From Cyanophyceae cyanobacterium (lineage in GTDB: Bacteria > Cyanobacteriota > Cyanobacteriia > Cyanobacteriales > JBHJGN01): DNA of 47,455 nt. The DNA is taken from NCBI GenBank assembly GCA_050331735.1, contig JBHJGN010000013.1, forward strand, positions 1 through 47,455. The letters are read 5' to 3'. The position numbers were made by a program, and so were the translations under genes. Position 1 is the stretch's first letter, and every line of letters starts with the position of its first letter. Shown in pieces: positions 1 to 8,597 of the stretch. The notes beneath the pieces are model-generated. The model was not told the DNA's origin and searched no databases. It saw only the letters and a list, made by a program, of their open reading frames with translations.

Positions 1-138
1 AAAAAGTAATAGGAGACTTGATGAGTTGGGGGAAAGGGGAAGGGGTAAAGGGGAAAGGGAAGCACAGCAGCTCTTTGCCCTTGAACCTCCAATTGTTGGT
101 TAGTTTGGGAACTATCTGACTACTTTCGGTAAATGGTA
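1..138 (+). mobile_element. MITE copy 1 (left end outside the window)
   Basis: Near-identical to 32612-32759 and 44982-45130; ends ...TAAATGGTA followed by TAA (139-141). Confidence 0.85.
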
Positions 139-140
139 TA

Positions 141-248
141 ATTTGGTTTTTCTTCAATCCCCTAGCGATTACGCTGCTCCTCATCGGCGTGGGGCTGATG
201 CCCAAAGAACCTGAACGAAAAGAAGCAAAGGCAGAATTGCTCAATTAA
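141..248 (+). pseudogene. Possible 3' end of a membrane-protein gene interrupted by the MITE
   Basis: Open frame IWFFFNPLAITLLLIGVGLMPKEPERKEAKAELLN* begins right at the MITE end; TM-like stretch plus charged tail. Confidence 0.35.
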
Positions 249-517
249 ATAACAGACAGTTACTGAGAATGGCTTTTAAAGAACAAGTTGTAGGAATCTG
301 AGAAACTGTGTCTTGTTACCACAGGACTTCGTTATGTGAGATTCACGAAAAGGACTGCCGTCGCTCGATGATTCAGACGACAACTAGAGCGATAAGACGT
401 TAATCAGACCGAGCAGATTTAATCCTTAACGGTTAGTCGCCAGCGGTTTTGCTGACTACCGCCGAACGAATAGCTAAAAGAAGCTCAACCTATTGTTTAC
501 TCAGTAAATTCACTATC

Positions 518-990
518 ATGTCATTAGCCACCATCGAAACCAGCCTGCCAGAAGCACGGCTGTTTGAACCACCAGCAGACTTTTCTGGGTCATGGGGCGG
601 GTTGATGATGTCATTAGCGTTGCCGGACATCGACTCGGCACTATGGAGGTAGAGTCGGCGTTTGTTTCTCATCCAGCCGTTGCCGAAGCAGCGGTGGTGG
701 GGAAACCGAGTGAAATTAAAGGAGAAGACATTGTGGCCTTCGTGACGTTGGAAGCGAATGCCTCTCCGAGCGAGGAGTTGAAAAAAGAGTTATCGCGTCA
801 GGCAGTCAAGGAGATTGGCGCGATCGCCCGTCCGGCGGAGGTGCGGTTCACTTCGGCCTTACCGAAAACTCGCTCAGGGAAAATTATACGCCGCTTTCTG
901 CGCTCACTAGCAGCCGGAGAGGAAGTCACTGGTGATGTTTCTACCTTAGAAGACCGCAGCGTTATTGAACAATTGCGTCGCGAAGTCTAA
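518..990 (+). pseudogene. acs: Acetyl-CoA synthetase with a large internal deletion
   Basis: Acs-like N-terminus [23 protein letters not shown] (518-586) joined out of frame to the Acs C-terminus [10 protein letters not shown]...[12 protein letters not shown]...[12 protein letters not shown]...GDVSTLED. Confidence 0.85.
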
Positions 991-1207
991 CACTGACTAT
1001 GCCATCGGCGTCGCCCAGCATAGAATGATTCAGACTCATCCAGGGATTTGCTTGTGCTTGAGGTAGTAGAGGAGCAGTCGCACTGCAATACTTTTCAGAA
1101 TTGGTATTCCTACCTTGGATTGCTCAAACTGGTTTGTGCGCTACTTTGGTATCGCCGATGTTGGCGCTTATCCGTTTTGAAATAATGTATGGAAAGGTTG
1201 TTAGAGT

Positions 1208-1249
1208 CGGGGTTTGCTGTACGATGACAACTGAAACCCCGTTTGTTTT
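1208..1249 (+). terminator. Hairpin / probable intrinsic terminator between convergent acs and rtcB
   Basis: CGGGGTTT...AAACCCCG stem followed by TTTGTTTT. Confidence 0.5.
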
Positions 1250-1268
1250 CGGATTAACCAGGAGCCGC

Positions 1269-2450
1269 TTATCCCTTCACGCAGACTACCTGCTTCAGGG
1301 TCGCCACGATTTCTACCAAATCCGACTGCTGTGCCATGACTTCATCAATTGGTTTGTAAGCCCCTGGAATCTCATCGATCACGTTTTTGTCTTTGCGGCA
1401 TTCCACTCCCTGGGTTTGGGTCACTAAGTCATCTAAGGTAAACCGCTTCTTAGCCTGATTGCGAGACATCTGACGACCAGCACCATGACTGCACGAACAG
1501 TAGCTATCGTGGTTGCCTTTCCCTTTCACAATGTAAGATTTCGTCCCCATTGAGCCAGGGATAATGCCGTAGTCTTCCTGCCGAGCGCGAACGGCTCCTT
1601 TACGAGTGACGTAAACCTCAGAACCAAAGTGCGTCTCTTTCTCCGCGTAGTTGTGATGGCAGTTCACCGACATCAACGGTTTTGTCGGTTTTCCTCCGGC
1701 GAGGTGTTTTTCCACAACCTGACGGAAACGAGCCATCATGACCTCTCGATTGAAACGAGCGTAGTCCTGCGCCCACTGCAAATCTCGCCAGTAAGCTTCA
1801 AACTGGGGCGTTTGAGCTACGAAGTAAGCTAAATCTGGGTCGGGTAAAGTACTATCGGTCAGTTTGGCGAGCTCTTTAGCCGTCGAGATATGGCACTGAG
1901 CGAGCTGATTGCCGATGTGCCGCGAGCCCGAATGCAGCATCAGCCACACCTGCTCATTGCTGTCGAGGCAAACTTCAATGAAGTGGTTGCCGCCGCCTAA
2001 AGACCCCATCTGCTTAAGGGCTTTGTTTTCTAGGTCTTGTACGCCTGAATGCAGCTCTTTAAACGAACGCCATCCTTGCCAGTTAGCAACGGGTTTGTCG
2101 ATCTGTTTGTTCTGGTTGAAGCCCACCGGAATCGCCGCTTCAATTTCTTGCCGGATTTTCTTGAGCTTGCCTTCTAGCTGCGGGGCAGCAAACGGTAGCT
2201 TCACGGCGGCCATCCCGCAACCAATATCTACACCCACCGCCGCTGGAATGACGGCATCTTGGGTAGCCAGCACCGAACCCACCAGTGCTCCTTTTCCTAA
2301 ATGAACATCGGGCATGAGGGCAACGTGTTTAAAGACGAACGGCAGCGACGCGACGTTTTGAGCCATTTTCGCTTCCTGAGTCCCTAATTGGTGATTAGCC
2401 CAGGATAAAATGGGCTTGGGAGTTGATAGCTCCAATTGTTGTTGAGGCAT
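1269..2450 (-). CDS. rtcB: RtcB family RNA ligase
   Basis: Motifs MPDVHLGKG, VGVDIGCG, GGGNHF, HSGSR, CHHN, HGAGR; likely start ATG at 2450 (MPQQQL). Confidence 0.93.
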   Translation of the reverse strand: MPQQQLELSTPKPILSWANHQLGTQEAKMAQNVASLPFVFKHVALMPDVHLGKGALVGSVLATQDAVIPAAVGVDIGCGMAAVKLPFAAPQLEGKLKKIRQEIEAAIPVGFNQNKQIDKPVANWQGWRSFKELHSGVQDLENKALKQMGSLGGGNHFIEVCLDSNEQVWLMLHSGSRHIGNQLAQCHISTAKELAKLTDSTLPDPDLAYFVAQTPQFEAYWRDLQWAQDYARFNREVMMARFRQVVEKHLAGGKPTKPLMSVNCHHNYAEKETHFGSEVYVTRKGAVRARQEDYGIIPGSMGTKSYIVKGKGNHDSYCSCSHGAGRQMSRNQAKKRFTLDDLVTQTQGVECRKDKNVIDEIPGAYKPIDEVMAQQSDLVEIVATLKQVVCVKG

Positions 2451-2878
2451 AGACCATTTTTTATATGACAACGATACTACAATTATACTTCTTAATATTG
2501 GTATCTAGAAAATATCGACTAGCCTCGCTCATAGTCTTTTTCTCTAGTGAAAGGAATAAAGTTTTTTACCTCAATAGGATGATTAATTGAGCGATCGCTT
2601 TCCTCGGCTGGCAACAAGCGCTCACCTTTCTTGTTTTATCTCTCTGCTAAGAGCAGACCAGCACTCAACTATCTGCAACCAAGAATAGTTGCTGCCTATC
2701 AACTGGTAGTTGGCGCTTTATTCGATGAGGATGACGCGAGGAGATGGTTCATTTTGAGCCATTTTTTGCAGAGAGATAGTTGAAGCGCTTACTGAGTGAG
2801 GTTTTTGTCGAGCGCTCAGTAACACCTTTTTTGAGAGTACGTCATAATACAGATCGACTGTGTTGGTAACTCCTGGAT

Positions 2879-3697
2879 ATGACGACAGCACTCAGGGAAA
2901 AAGTGGCTGCTATGCTAGAAAGCGATCGCTCGCGCGCTGGCGTAACGGTTAACCTCATCATCCTTGGACTCATCTTACTGTCCTCAGCGATGTTCGTCGC
3001 GGAAACGTTTGTGATTCCGGCATCGCTGCAAACCTGGTTACGGGCTATAGATACAGCCATTGTGCTGATCTTCGCAGTAGAGTACGTCGTTCGTTTTTGG
3101 AGTGCTGAGTCAAGACTCAAATTTTTCTTTTCACCGCTGTCGTTTGTGGATTTGCTGGCTATTTTGCCTTTACTGGTCGGCTTTATCGATCTCAGGTACT
3201 TTCGGGTTTTTCGCTGGTTTAGAGCCTTAAGAATCATTAGATTCTTTAATTTGGAAATTTCGATCTTCCGCATTCAAACAGAAGACGGCATCATTATTGC
3301 TAGAATTCTGCTGACGCTATTTTCGATTATTTTCGTTTACTCAGGTCTGATCTATCAGGTCGAACATCGCGCTAATCCTCAAGCTTTCCGAAACTTCTTA
3401 GATGCACTGTACTTCTCCGTCGTAACCATGACCACCGTTGGCTTCGGTGACGTGACCCCTCTCTCAGAAACTGGCAGATTACTCACGTTACTGATGATTG
3501 GTACTGGCGTGTTGTTTATTCCCTGGCAACTCAGCGACTTAGTGAAGCAACTGCTCAAAACTACCAACAAAGTCAAAAAAAGCTGTTCTGGATGTGGCTT
3601 ATCTCTCCACGATGCGGATGCTGAGTTCTGTAAAGTCTGCGGAACTCAATTAGAAGCAATATCTCAGCAAACTGTCAGTAGCGTTGAAGTTAATTGA
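2879..3697 (+). CDS. Voltage-gated-type potassium channel (ion transporter) with C-terminal Zn ribbon
   Basis: Arg-rich S4 (RYFRVFRWFRALRIIRF), filter TMTTVGFGD, C-terminal CxxC...CxxC. Confidence 0.9.
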   Translation: MTTALREKVAAMLESDRSRAGVTVNLIILGLILLSSAMFVAETFVIPASLQTWLRAIDTAIVLIFAVEYVVRFWSAESRLKFFFSPLSFVDLLAILPLLVGFIDLRYFRVFRWFRALRIIRFFNLEISIFRIQTEDGIIIARILLTLFSIIFVYSGLIYQVEHRANPQAFRNFLDALYFSVVTMTTVGFGDVTPLSETGRLLTLLMIGTGVLFIPWQLSDLVKQLLKTTNKVKKSCSGCGLSLHDADAEFCKVCGTQLEAISQQTVSSVEVN

Positions 3698-4700
3698 ATG
3701 ACCGACGGAGCTGAATAGATCCAAGCGTAGCCAATCCTAACCCAGGATGCCGCAGATTTTTGCCGACAACCCGAGAGCAAAGCATGTTGCAAGAAGACCG
3801 CTGAGAACAGGTTTGAATTTCTTCAAAATTGAATCGACTAACAATTTTTGGTAACGGTGACTCAAGCAGATTGCCAGCAGACGAGTGAGCCAAACAAGGA
3901 GACACATTTCCGGCTGAATCAATGACGATGCTGTAGCGTCCCGCGTCACAGGGTTCCAAAGATTTACCCGATAGCCAGGTTAAGTTATCTTGCACGTAGT
4001 CCCGAAAGAATCCTCGGGGAACGAGGTTAGACCGCAACACGGCTTCAAACACCGCCAGCGCCGCTTCCTTCTGATACATGAGTTCGTCGCTCACCTTGCC
4101 GTACTCGCCTACGTCCCAATGATACGCTCCCATGATAGGCATAAATCCCCGTTCTCGGGCAAATCGCGCTACGGCGATTGCGTCTTCCTGATTCACCTGA
4201 CTGACAATGCATACAAGGGACTTGAAGCCAGAGAAATTTTGTAAGGCTGCAATGCCTCTTAACACTTGCGGTAACTGATCTCGACCGCGAATTTTTTGGT
4301 ATCGTTCTCGATCTAAGGTATCGAGGCTAACGGCGATTTGAAGGGGTAAACCGTTGAATCGAGCGCTCAGTTCAGCAGTGAGTAAGGTTCCGTTGGTAAT
4401 CAGAACTAGATAAAAGCCTAGGTCGGCTAAATCTTCTAGAATTTCCGGTAGATCTCGGCGGAGCAGTGGTTCGCCGCCTTGAACAAACAAAACGCGCAGA
4501 CCCTCCTGATACAGGGAAGAGAAGACCTGCCGAATTTGCGATCGCGTCATTTCGGTGTGGCCTTTGTTTAAAGGCAGATCGCAATACTGACACTGGGAGT
4601 TACAGCGCAGACAAACTTCAAACACCGCTAAAATCGGTCGTTCTTGAATCAGATTCGTTATCGGCTTAATCGCTGACCGCATTGCCGGAAACTTCCCCAC
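3690..4700 (-). CDS. Radical SAM protein with SPASM/twitch-like C-terminus
   Basis: CNSQCQYC (Cx3Cx2C), GGEPLL, TNG, C-terminal CDAG...GNVSPC...C..C..C; start likely GTG 4700 (AGGAG 7 nt upstream) or ATG 4682. Confidence 0.85.
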   Translation of the reverse strand: MGKFPAMRSAIKPITNLIQERPILAVFEVCLRCNSQCQYCDLPLNKGHTEMTRSQIRQVFSSLYQEGLRVLFVQGGEPLLRRDLPEILEDLADLGFYLVLITNGTLLTAELSARFNGLPLQIAVSLDTLDRERYQKIRGRDQLPQVLRGIAALQNFSGFKSLVCIVSQVNQEDAIAVARFARERGFMPIMGAYHWDVGEYGKVSDELMYQKEAALAVFEAVLRSNLVPRGFFRDYVQDNLTWLSGKSLEPCDAGRYSIVIDSAGNVSPCLAHSSAGNLLESPLPKIVSRFNFEEIQTCSQRSSCNMLCSRVVGKNLRHPGLGLATLGSIQLRRSFN

Positions 4701-4857
4701 CTTATCACTCCTAATATTTTTCAGATTTCTATGCCTTTTAGTTGGTAGACGCTCGCGTGTTTTGAGTTGCCACTTGGCGATCAATCTAGGCAAAAATAAA
4801 GGAAGAAGACTGCCAAGCCTCCTCCCTGTGACCGTCAGAGCTTTTTAGAAAAAAAAT

Positions 4858-5094
4858 TTATAAGACCTGCTCAACTTCAGCAATTTCAGGAATGAGTTCT
4901 CGAAGACGGCGCTCAATTCCCATTCTGAGGGTCATTGCTGAACTCGGACAAGAACCACATGCTCCCTGGAGGCGTAATTTTACAACTGGTCCATCAATAT
5001 CAACCAGTTCCACGTTCCCACCATCCGCCATCAGGTACGGACGCATTTCGTCTAAAGTATTTTCAACGTTTTCTGTTGTGAGTGGCAGAGCCAT
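4858..5094 (-). CDS. nfu: NifU/Nfu family Fe-S cluster carrier
   Basis: [13 protein letters not shown]...[11 protein letters not shown]. Confidence 0.93.
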   Translation of the reverse strand: MALPLTTENVENTLDEMRPYLMADGGNVELVDIDGPVVKLRLQGACGSCPSSAMTLRMGIERRLRELIPEIAEVEQVL

Positions 5095-5156
5095 AGCTTA
5101 CCTCTTTTTGAAATAGCGTTTACATTTATCCTAGCGTTAAAAGACTAGAAGGTGTT

Positions 5157-5337
5157 TGAGGGAAAGGGTAGTCCCTCCGGGACGGGGGAAGCAGCGAAGC
5201 TGCTGGGGAAAAGGGGAAAGGGTAAGGGAAGGATGAATCAGTTTGTTCTCTAGCCCCTGTTCTTTCCTCGTCTCAGAGAAACACTTTTCCCTGCGCCAGG
5301 GTTGCTTTCCCTTTGCCCGCCGCGAAAGCGGCTTCTC
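5157..5337. repeat. GGGGAAA-type heptamer repeat with embedded short hairpins (SDR-like)
   Basis: Purine-rich left arm, pyrimidine-rich right arm; related to 8424-8597 and 41383-41437. Confidence 0.6.
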
Positions 5338-5994
5338 TTAAGAAACTGACGCTGGCTGAAGCAGCTTAATATCAGAAAAGTTAAATTCGGTTGTTGTTTT
5401 GTTCCCCTCTTGATCGATGCTGTGAACGACCTGGTGAGTGGGGAGGTAGTAGTCGCCAAACTGCTCGTAAGTTTCTTCAAATTCGCTTTTTCCCCGGAGC
5501 GCGTTGGTTTTAGAATTGCGGAAAACAGCGTTATATTTAGCAGAAACGTAGCCTTCTCCGGTTTGCAGGCTTTCTTGAGTATTGATGGTAAACGCCATTG
5601 GTCCCATGACTCGACTCACCTGGCAAATTTCCTTTCCTCTGACCTTGTAGTTAGACCCCATTGCATCGCCGGTAACGAGAATTTCAACGGCTCCAGTTTG
5701 GTCGGTTTCGCCAAAGCTAAATTGATTTTTGCCGTGGGCTTGCTCAAAGGAGGAGCGCTTGCGGTGGGTAATGATGTCCCGCATCTGATTCGTGACGCTT
5801 TCTGTCACCTTTTCGTCTTCGATGCCTGTTACGGCCACGCTCAGGTCTTGATTGACCTGGACCTGACCGCTGTAGACTTCATCTCCCTGCTTGAGGGTCA
5901 ACGTGGCTGAGTAGCCAGGGAAATTTTCATCCCACGTGTAGCGGTTTTCGTAGGCTGAGCGAAAGACATCGCGAGCTTGAGTGGATTCTGTCAT
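5338..5994 (-). CDS. DUF3386 family protein
   Basis: FRSAYENRYTWDENFPGY N-terminal signature. Confidence 0.8.
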   Translation of the reverse strand: MTESTQARDVFRSAYENRYTWDENFPGYSATLTLKQGDEVYSGQVQVNQDLSVAVTGIEDEKVTESVTNQMRDIITHRKRSSFEQAHGKNQFSFGETDQTGAVEILVTGDAMGSNYKVRGKEICQVSRVMGPMAFTINTQESLQTGEGYVSAKYNAVFRNSKTNALRGKSEFEETYEQFGDYYLPTHQVVHSIDQEGNKTTTEFNFSDIKLLQPASVS

Positions 5995-6053
5995 CTTAAT
6001 TTACTGATTGCTTCCTCTATTAAGGATAGTGGGATTATCTCCAAAGCAGCAAT

Positions 6054-7841
6054 CTAGGTTAGCAGGTGGCGATCGCCCGTTTCCGCGGTTTTCATGATTG
6101 GGACGTGGTTGAGCGGAATCGTAAAGGTAACGGTGGAGCCGAGTCCCTCTCCCATGCTGTAGAAGTAGATTTTACCGCCCATCGCCTCAATCAGCTTTTG
6201 AGAAATAGCCAGCCCTAATCCGGTTCCGCCATAGCCTTTCGTGCGAGAGCCATCTGCCTGAACAAACTTTTCAAAGAGCTTGTCCTGCTTTTCTAAAGAA
6301 ACGCCAATCCCCGTATCGGCAACGCTGATTTTAACAAGTCCAGGAAATTCTTGCTCGTGGCGGTCAATTTTCTTTGGGACGATTTCCCCACTGATAACGA
6401 TGCCCCCTTCGTGGGTAAATTTAATGGCGTTACTCACTAAGTTGAGCATGACCTGGAGCAGCCGCTGATAGTTGCCGTACAGCATTACCTGATCGTAGGT
6501 CGGCGGTAGCTTCAGTTTTAAATAGAGCCGTTTCTTCTCCACATCCGCCCGGGTAAACTTCTCTACATCGCGAAACAGTTCGTCGAGGGGAACGGTAGAC
6601 AACTCTAGCTCCATCTTCCCGGCTTCGATTTTGGCAATATCGAGGATGTCGTTGATCAGATTCAGCAGATGAAGCGCAGAACTGTACGCCTGTTCCAAAA
6701 ATTCCTGCTGTTCTTGCGAGTCATCGGCCATACCGTCTAGAATCAGCTTGAGAAACCCGATGATGCCGTTGAGAGGAGTGCGGAGTTCGTGAGTGGTGCT
6801 GGCGAGGAATTCGCTCTTTAAGCGAGAAGCTTCTTCGGCTCTTTGGGTGGCCTGCTCCAATTCTTGATAAATCGTCGCGTGGGCAATCACCGTACCGAGG
6901 TGTTCGGCCAACTCTTGCACCAGCTCTACTTCGGCAGCGCTCCAGCGTCGTTGGCGATCGTCCTGGCCCAGCATTATAATGCCATTGCAAACATCTTGGT
7001 AGCAGGTAGAAACCACCAGCACTGAATATTGCTCGAAAACGTCAGCCTGCTCTGAGTTGAGCGCAATCGGCGCGGTTGAACAAACAACTTGTTTGAGGTA
7101 GGGTTCGGCTTGAATAGGAAACCGACAGCCGAGCAGGGGTCTTAGGGGATCTTGACAGTACTCCGCCTTGACCTCTAGCTGTTCCTCTTGAGGATTGTAA
7201 GACAACACGAGACAGCGACTCACCCTGAGCGCCGCTCCCAAGCTATTCACCGCCTGCTGACGAATGAGATCGACATCGAGAGTGCGACGGGTTTTTTGAG
7301 CAATCGAGGATAGCAGCTTCCGGTAGCAAATCGGTTCTGGCGGCAGGTGGCCAGCGGCGGCTTCACTGAGGCGACATCCCATAACCAGGACAGCGTACGT
7401 CCCCTGAGTCTGCAAAATCGGGCTGATGATCAACTCAAATGCGAAAACCTGTCCGCGATACAGAAAACGCCAGCAACATTTTTGAGGAATTTGCTGCTGA
7501 ATAACATCGGCAATTCTCTCGCCATACTTTGATAGCGCTTCTGGAGTAAACACCTGTTCCGGCAGGGTTCCCACGACTCGCTCATTTTGTAAACCGTAGT
7601 CAGGCGCTTGTTGCCAGTAGAAAGAGCGATACCGTAGCGAGCGCTCCTGCACGAAAACCAGTTCCGCACCAATATCTTTGCTGTTCGGCTCTCGGATTCT
7701 CTGCCGTTGGCCTGCATCACCTTGTCTGGTCTCTGCCGCTCGAAGTTCAACCGTCCCCTGCTTCTCTCGCCAGTCAGACTGCGATCGCTCTACATCTGGT
7801 CTGGCACGATGAGAACCGTTAAAATTGGCAGAGATACTCAT
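6054..7841 (-). CDS. GAF-domain sensor histidine kinase
   Basis: GAF region, HisKA KSEFLASTTHELRTPLNG, N box NLVSNAIKFT, G boxes DTGIG and GGTGLGL. Confidence 0.92.
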   Translation of the reverse strand: MSISANFNGSHRARPDVERSQSDWREKQGTVELRAAETRQGDAGQRQRIREPNSKDIGAELVFVQERSLRYRSFYWQQAPDYGLQNERVVGTLPEQVFTPEALSKYGERIADVIQQQIPQKCCWRFLYRGQVFAFELIISPILQTQGTYAVLVMGCRLSEAAAGHLPPEPICYRKLLSSIAQKTRRTLDVDLIRQQAVNSLGAALRVSRCLVLSYNPQEEQLEVKAEYCQDPLRPLLGCRFPIQAEPYLKQVVCSTAPIALNSEQADVFEQYSVLVVSTCYQDVCNGIIMLGQDDRQRRWSAAEVELVQELAEHLGTVIAHATIYQELEQATQRAEEASRLKSEFLASTTHELRTPLNGIIGFLKLILDGMADDSQEQQEFLEQAYSSALHLLNLINDILDIAKIEAGKMELELSTVPLDELFRDVEKFTRADVEKKRLYLKLKLPPTYDQVMLYGNYQRLLQVMLNLVSNAIKFTHEGGIVISGEIVPKKIDRHEQEFPGLVKISVADTGIGVSLEKQDKLFEKFVQADGSRTKGYGGTGLGLAISQKLIEAMGGKIYFYSMGEGLGSTVTFTIPLNHVPIMKTAETGDRHLLT

Positions 7842-8077
7842 GCTCCAAGCAAAGGCTTTTAAACGTCAATTAGAGTGCTTCATTAAGGAAAGAGACTCTT
7901 TGGGTCAGGAAGACTAAATCCCACAACTGCTTAAACAGTAGCTACTTTTGCTTCCCAATGTCATTCTCTCAATCAACCTTAATAGAACGGTACGTAGCTT
8001 AAGAGTTCCCAGAAAACTTTAATAAAGTAACATTTTGGAGCGATAAATCTTATCCCTCTCGCTGAAAAAATCTTTTC

Positions 8078-8308
8078 TTAGTCGTTCCATTCTCCTCGCG
8101 GCGGAACCGGAGGATTCCGTCTGAAGGTGCGACTGAGTTCTTCATCGAGGCGCTGTTCCCCCTTCAGCCATTGTTTCACGGCTGTTTCAATAACGCGACT
8201 CGGATCGTTAGTCAGGTGTTGAATTTGTTCTACTAAGGCCGGATCTAACGAAATCGAGATTTCAACTTTATCAGCCGAACGCTGAGAATGGACAGCATTG
8301 TCATTCAT
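8078..8308 (-). CDS. Small conserved ribbon-helix-helix-like protein (CcdA-antitoxin-like)
   Basis: 76 aa, KVEISISLD...PSRVIETAVKQWL pattern; family recalled, not searched. Confidence 0.6.
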   Translation of the reverse strand: MNDNAVHSQRSADKVEISISLDPALVEQIQHLTNDPSRVIETAVKQWLKGEQRLDEELSRTFRRNPPVPPRGEWND

Positions 8309-8423
8309 ATCTTAACTTTTTGACCGCTCTAATACGCATTGTACTAGTTAGAGCCAAGACTTGGATAAATCCAACGACAAAACTAAACTTCATTACATCA
8401 ATGAGTAGCGATACCAGTGATGG

Positions 8424-8597
8424 GTTGGGGAACAAGGGGAAGCGCCACCGGCGCAGGGAAAAGGGAAAAGGGGAAGGGGCAAAGAGACTTGACAGTTATC
8501 AGTTAAATGAACCAGCCTGATCGCTGCTTACTGTTCACTATTTCCCCTTTCCCCGTTGCGAAGCAACTATTTCCCCGTTTCCCGCGCCAGCGGCGCT
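8424..8597. repeat. GGGGAAA-type heptamer repeat with embedded hairpins
   Basis: Same architecture as 5157-5337. Confidence 0.6.

Noticed and set aside
575..595. Programmed frameshift producing functional Acs
   Set aside because: Even with a shift the product would be ~155 aa and lack the adenylation core
1101..1427. 108-aa ORF and the other short antisense ORFs in the track
   Set aside because: They overlap well-supported genes on the opposite strand and have no recognisable motifs
8078..8308. Complete type II toxin-antitoxin module
   Set aside because: Only the RHH-like small gene is present; no adjacent toxin ORF
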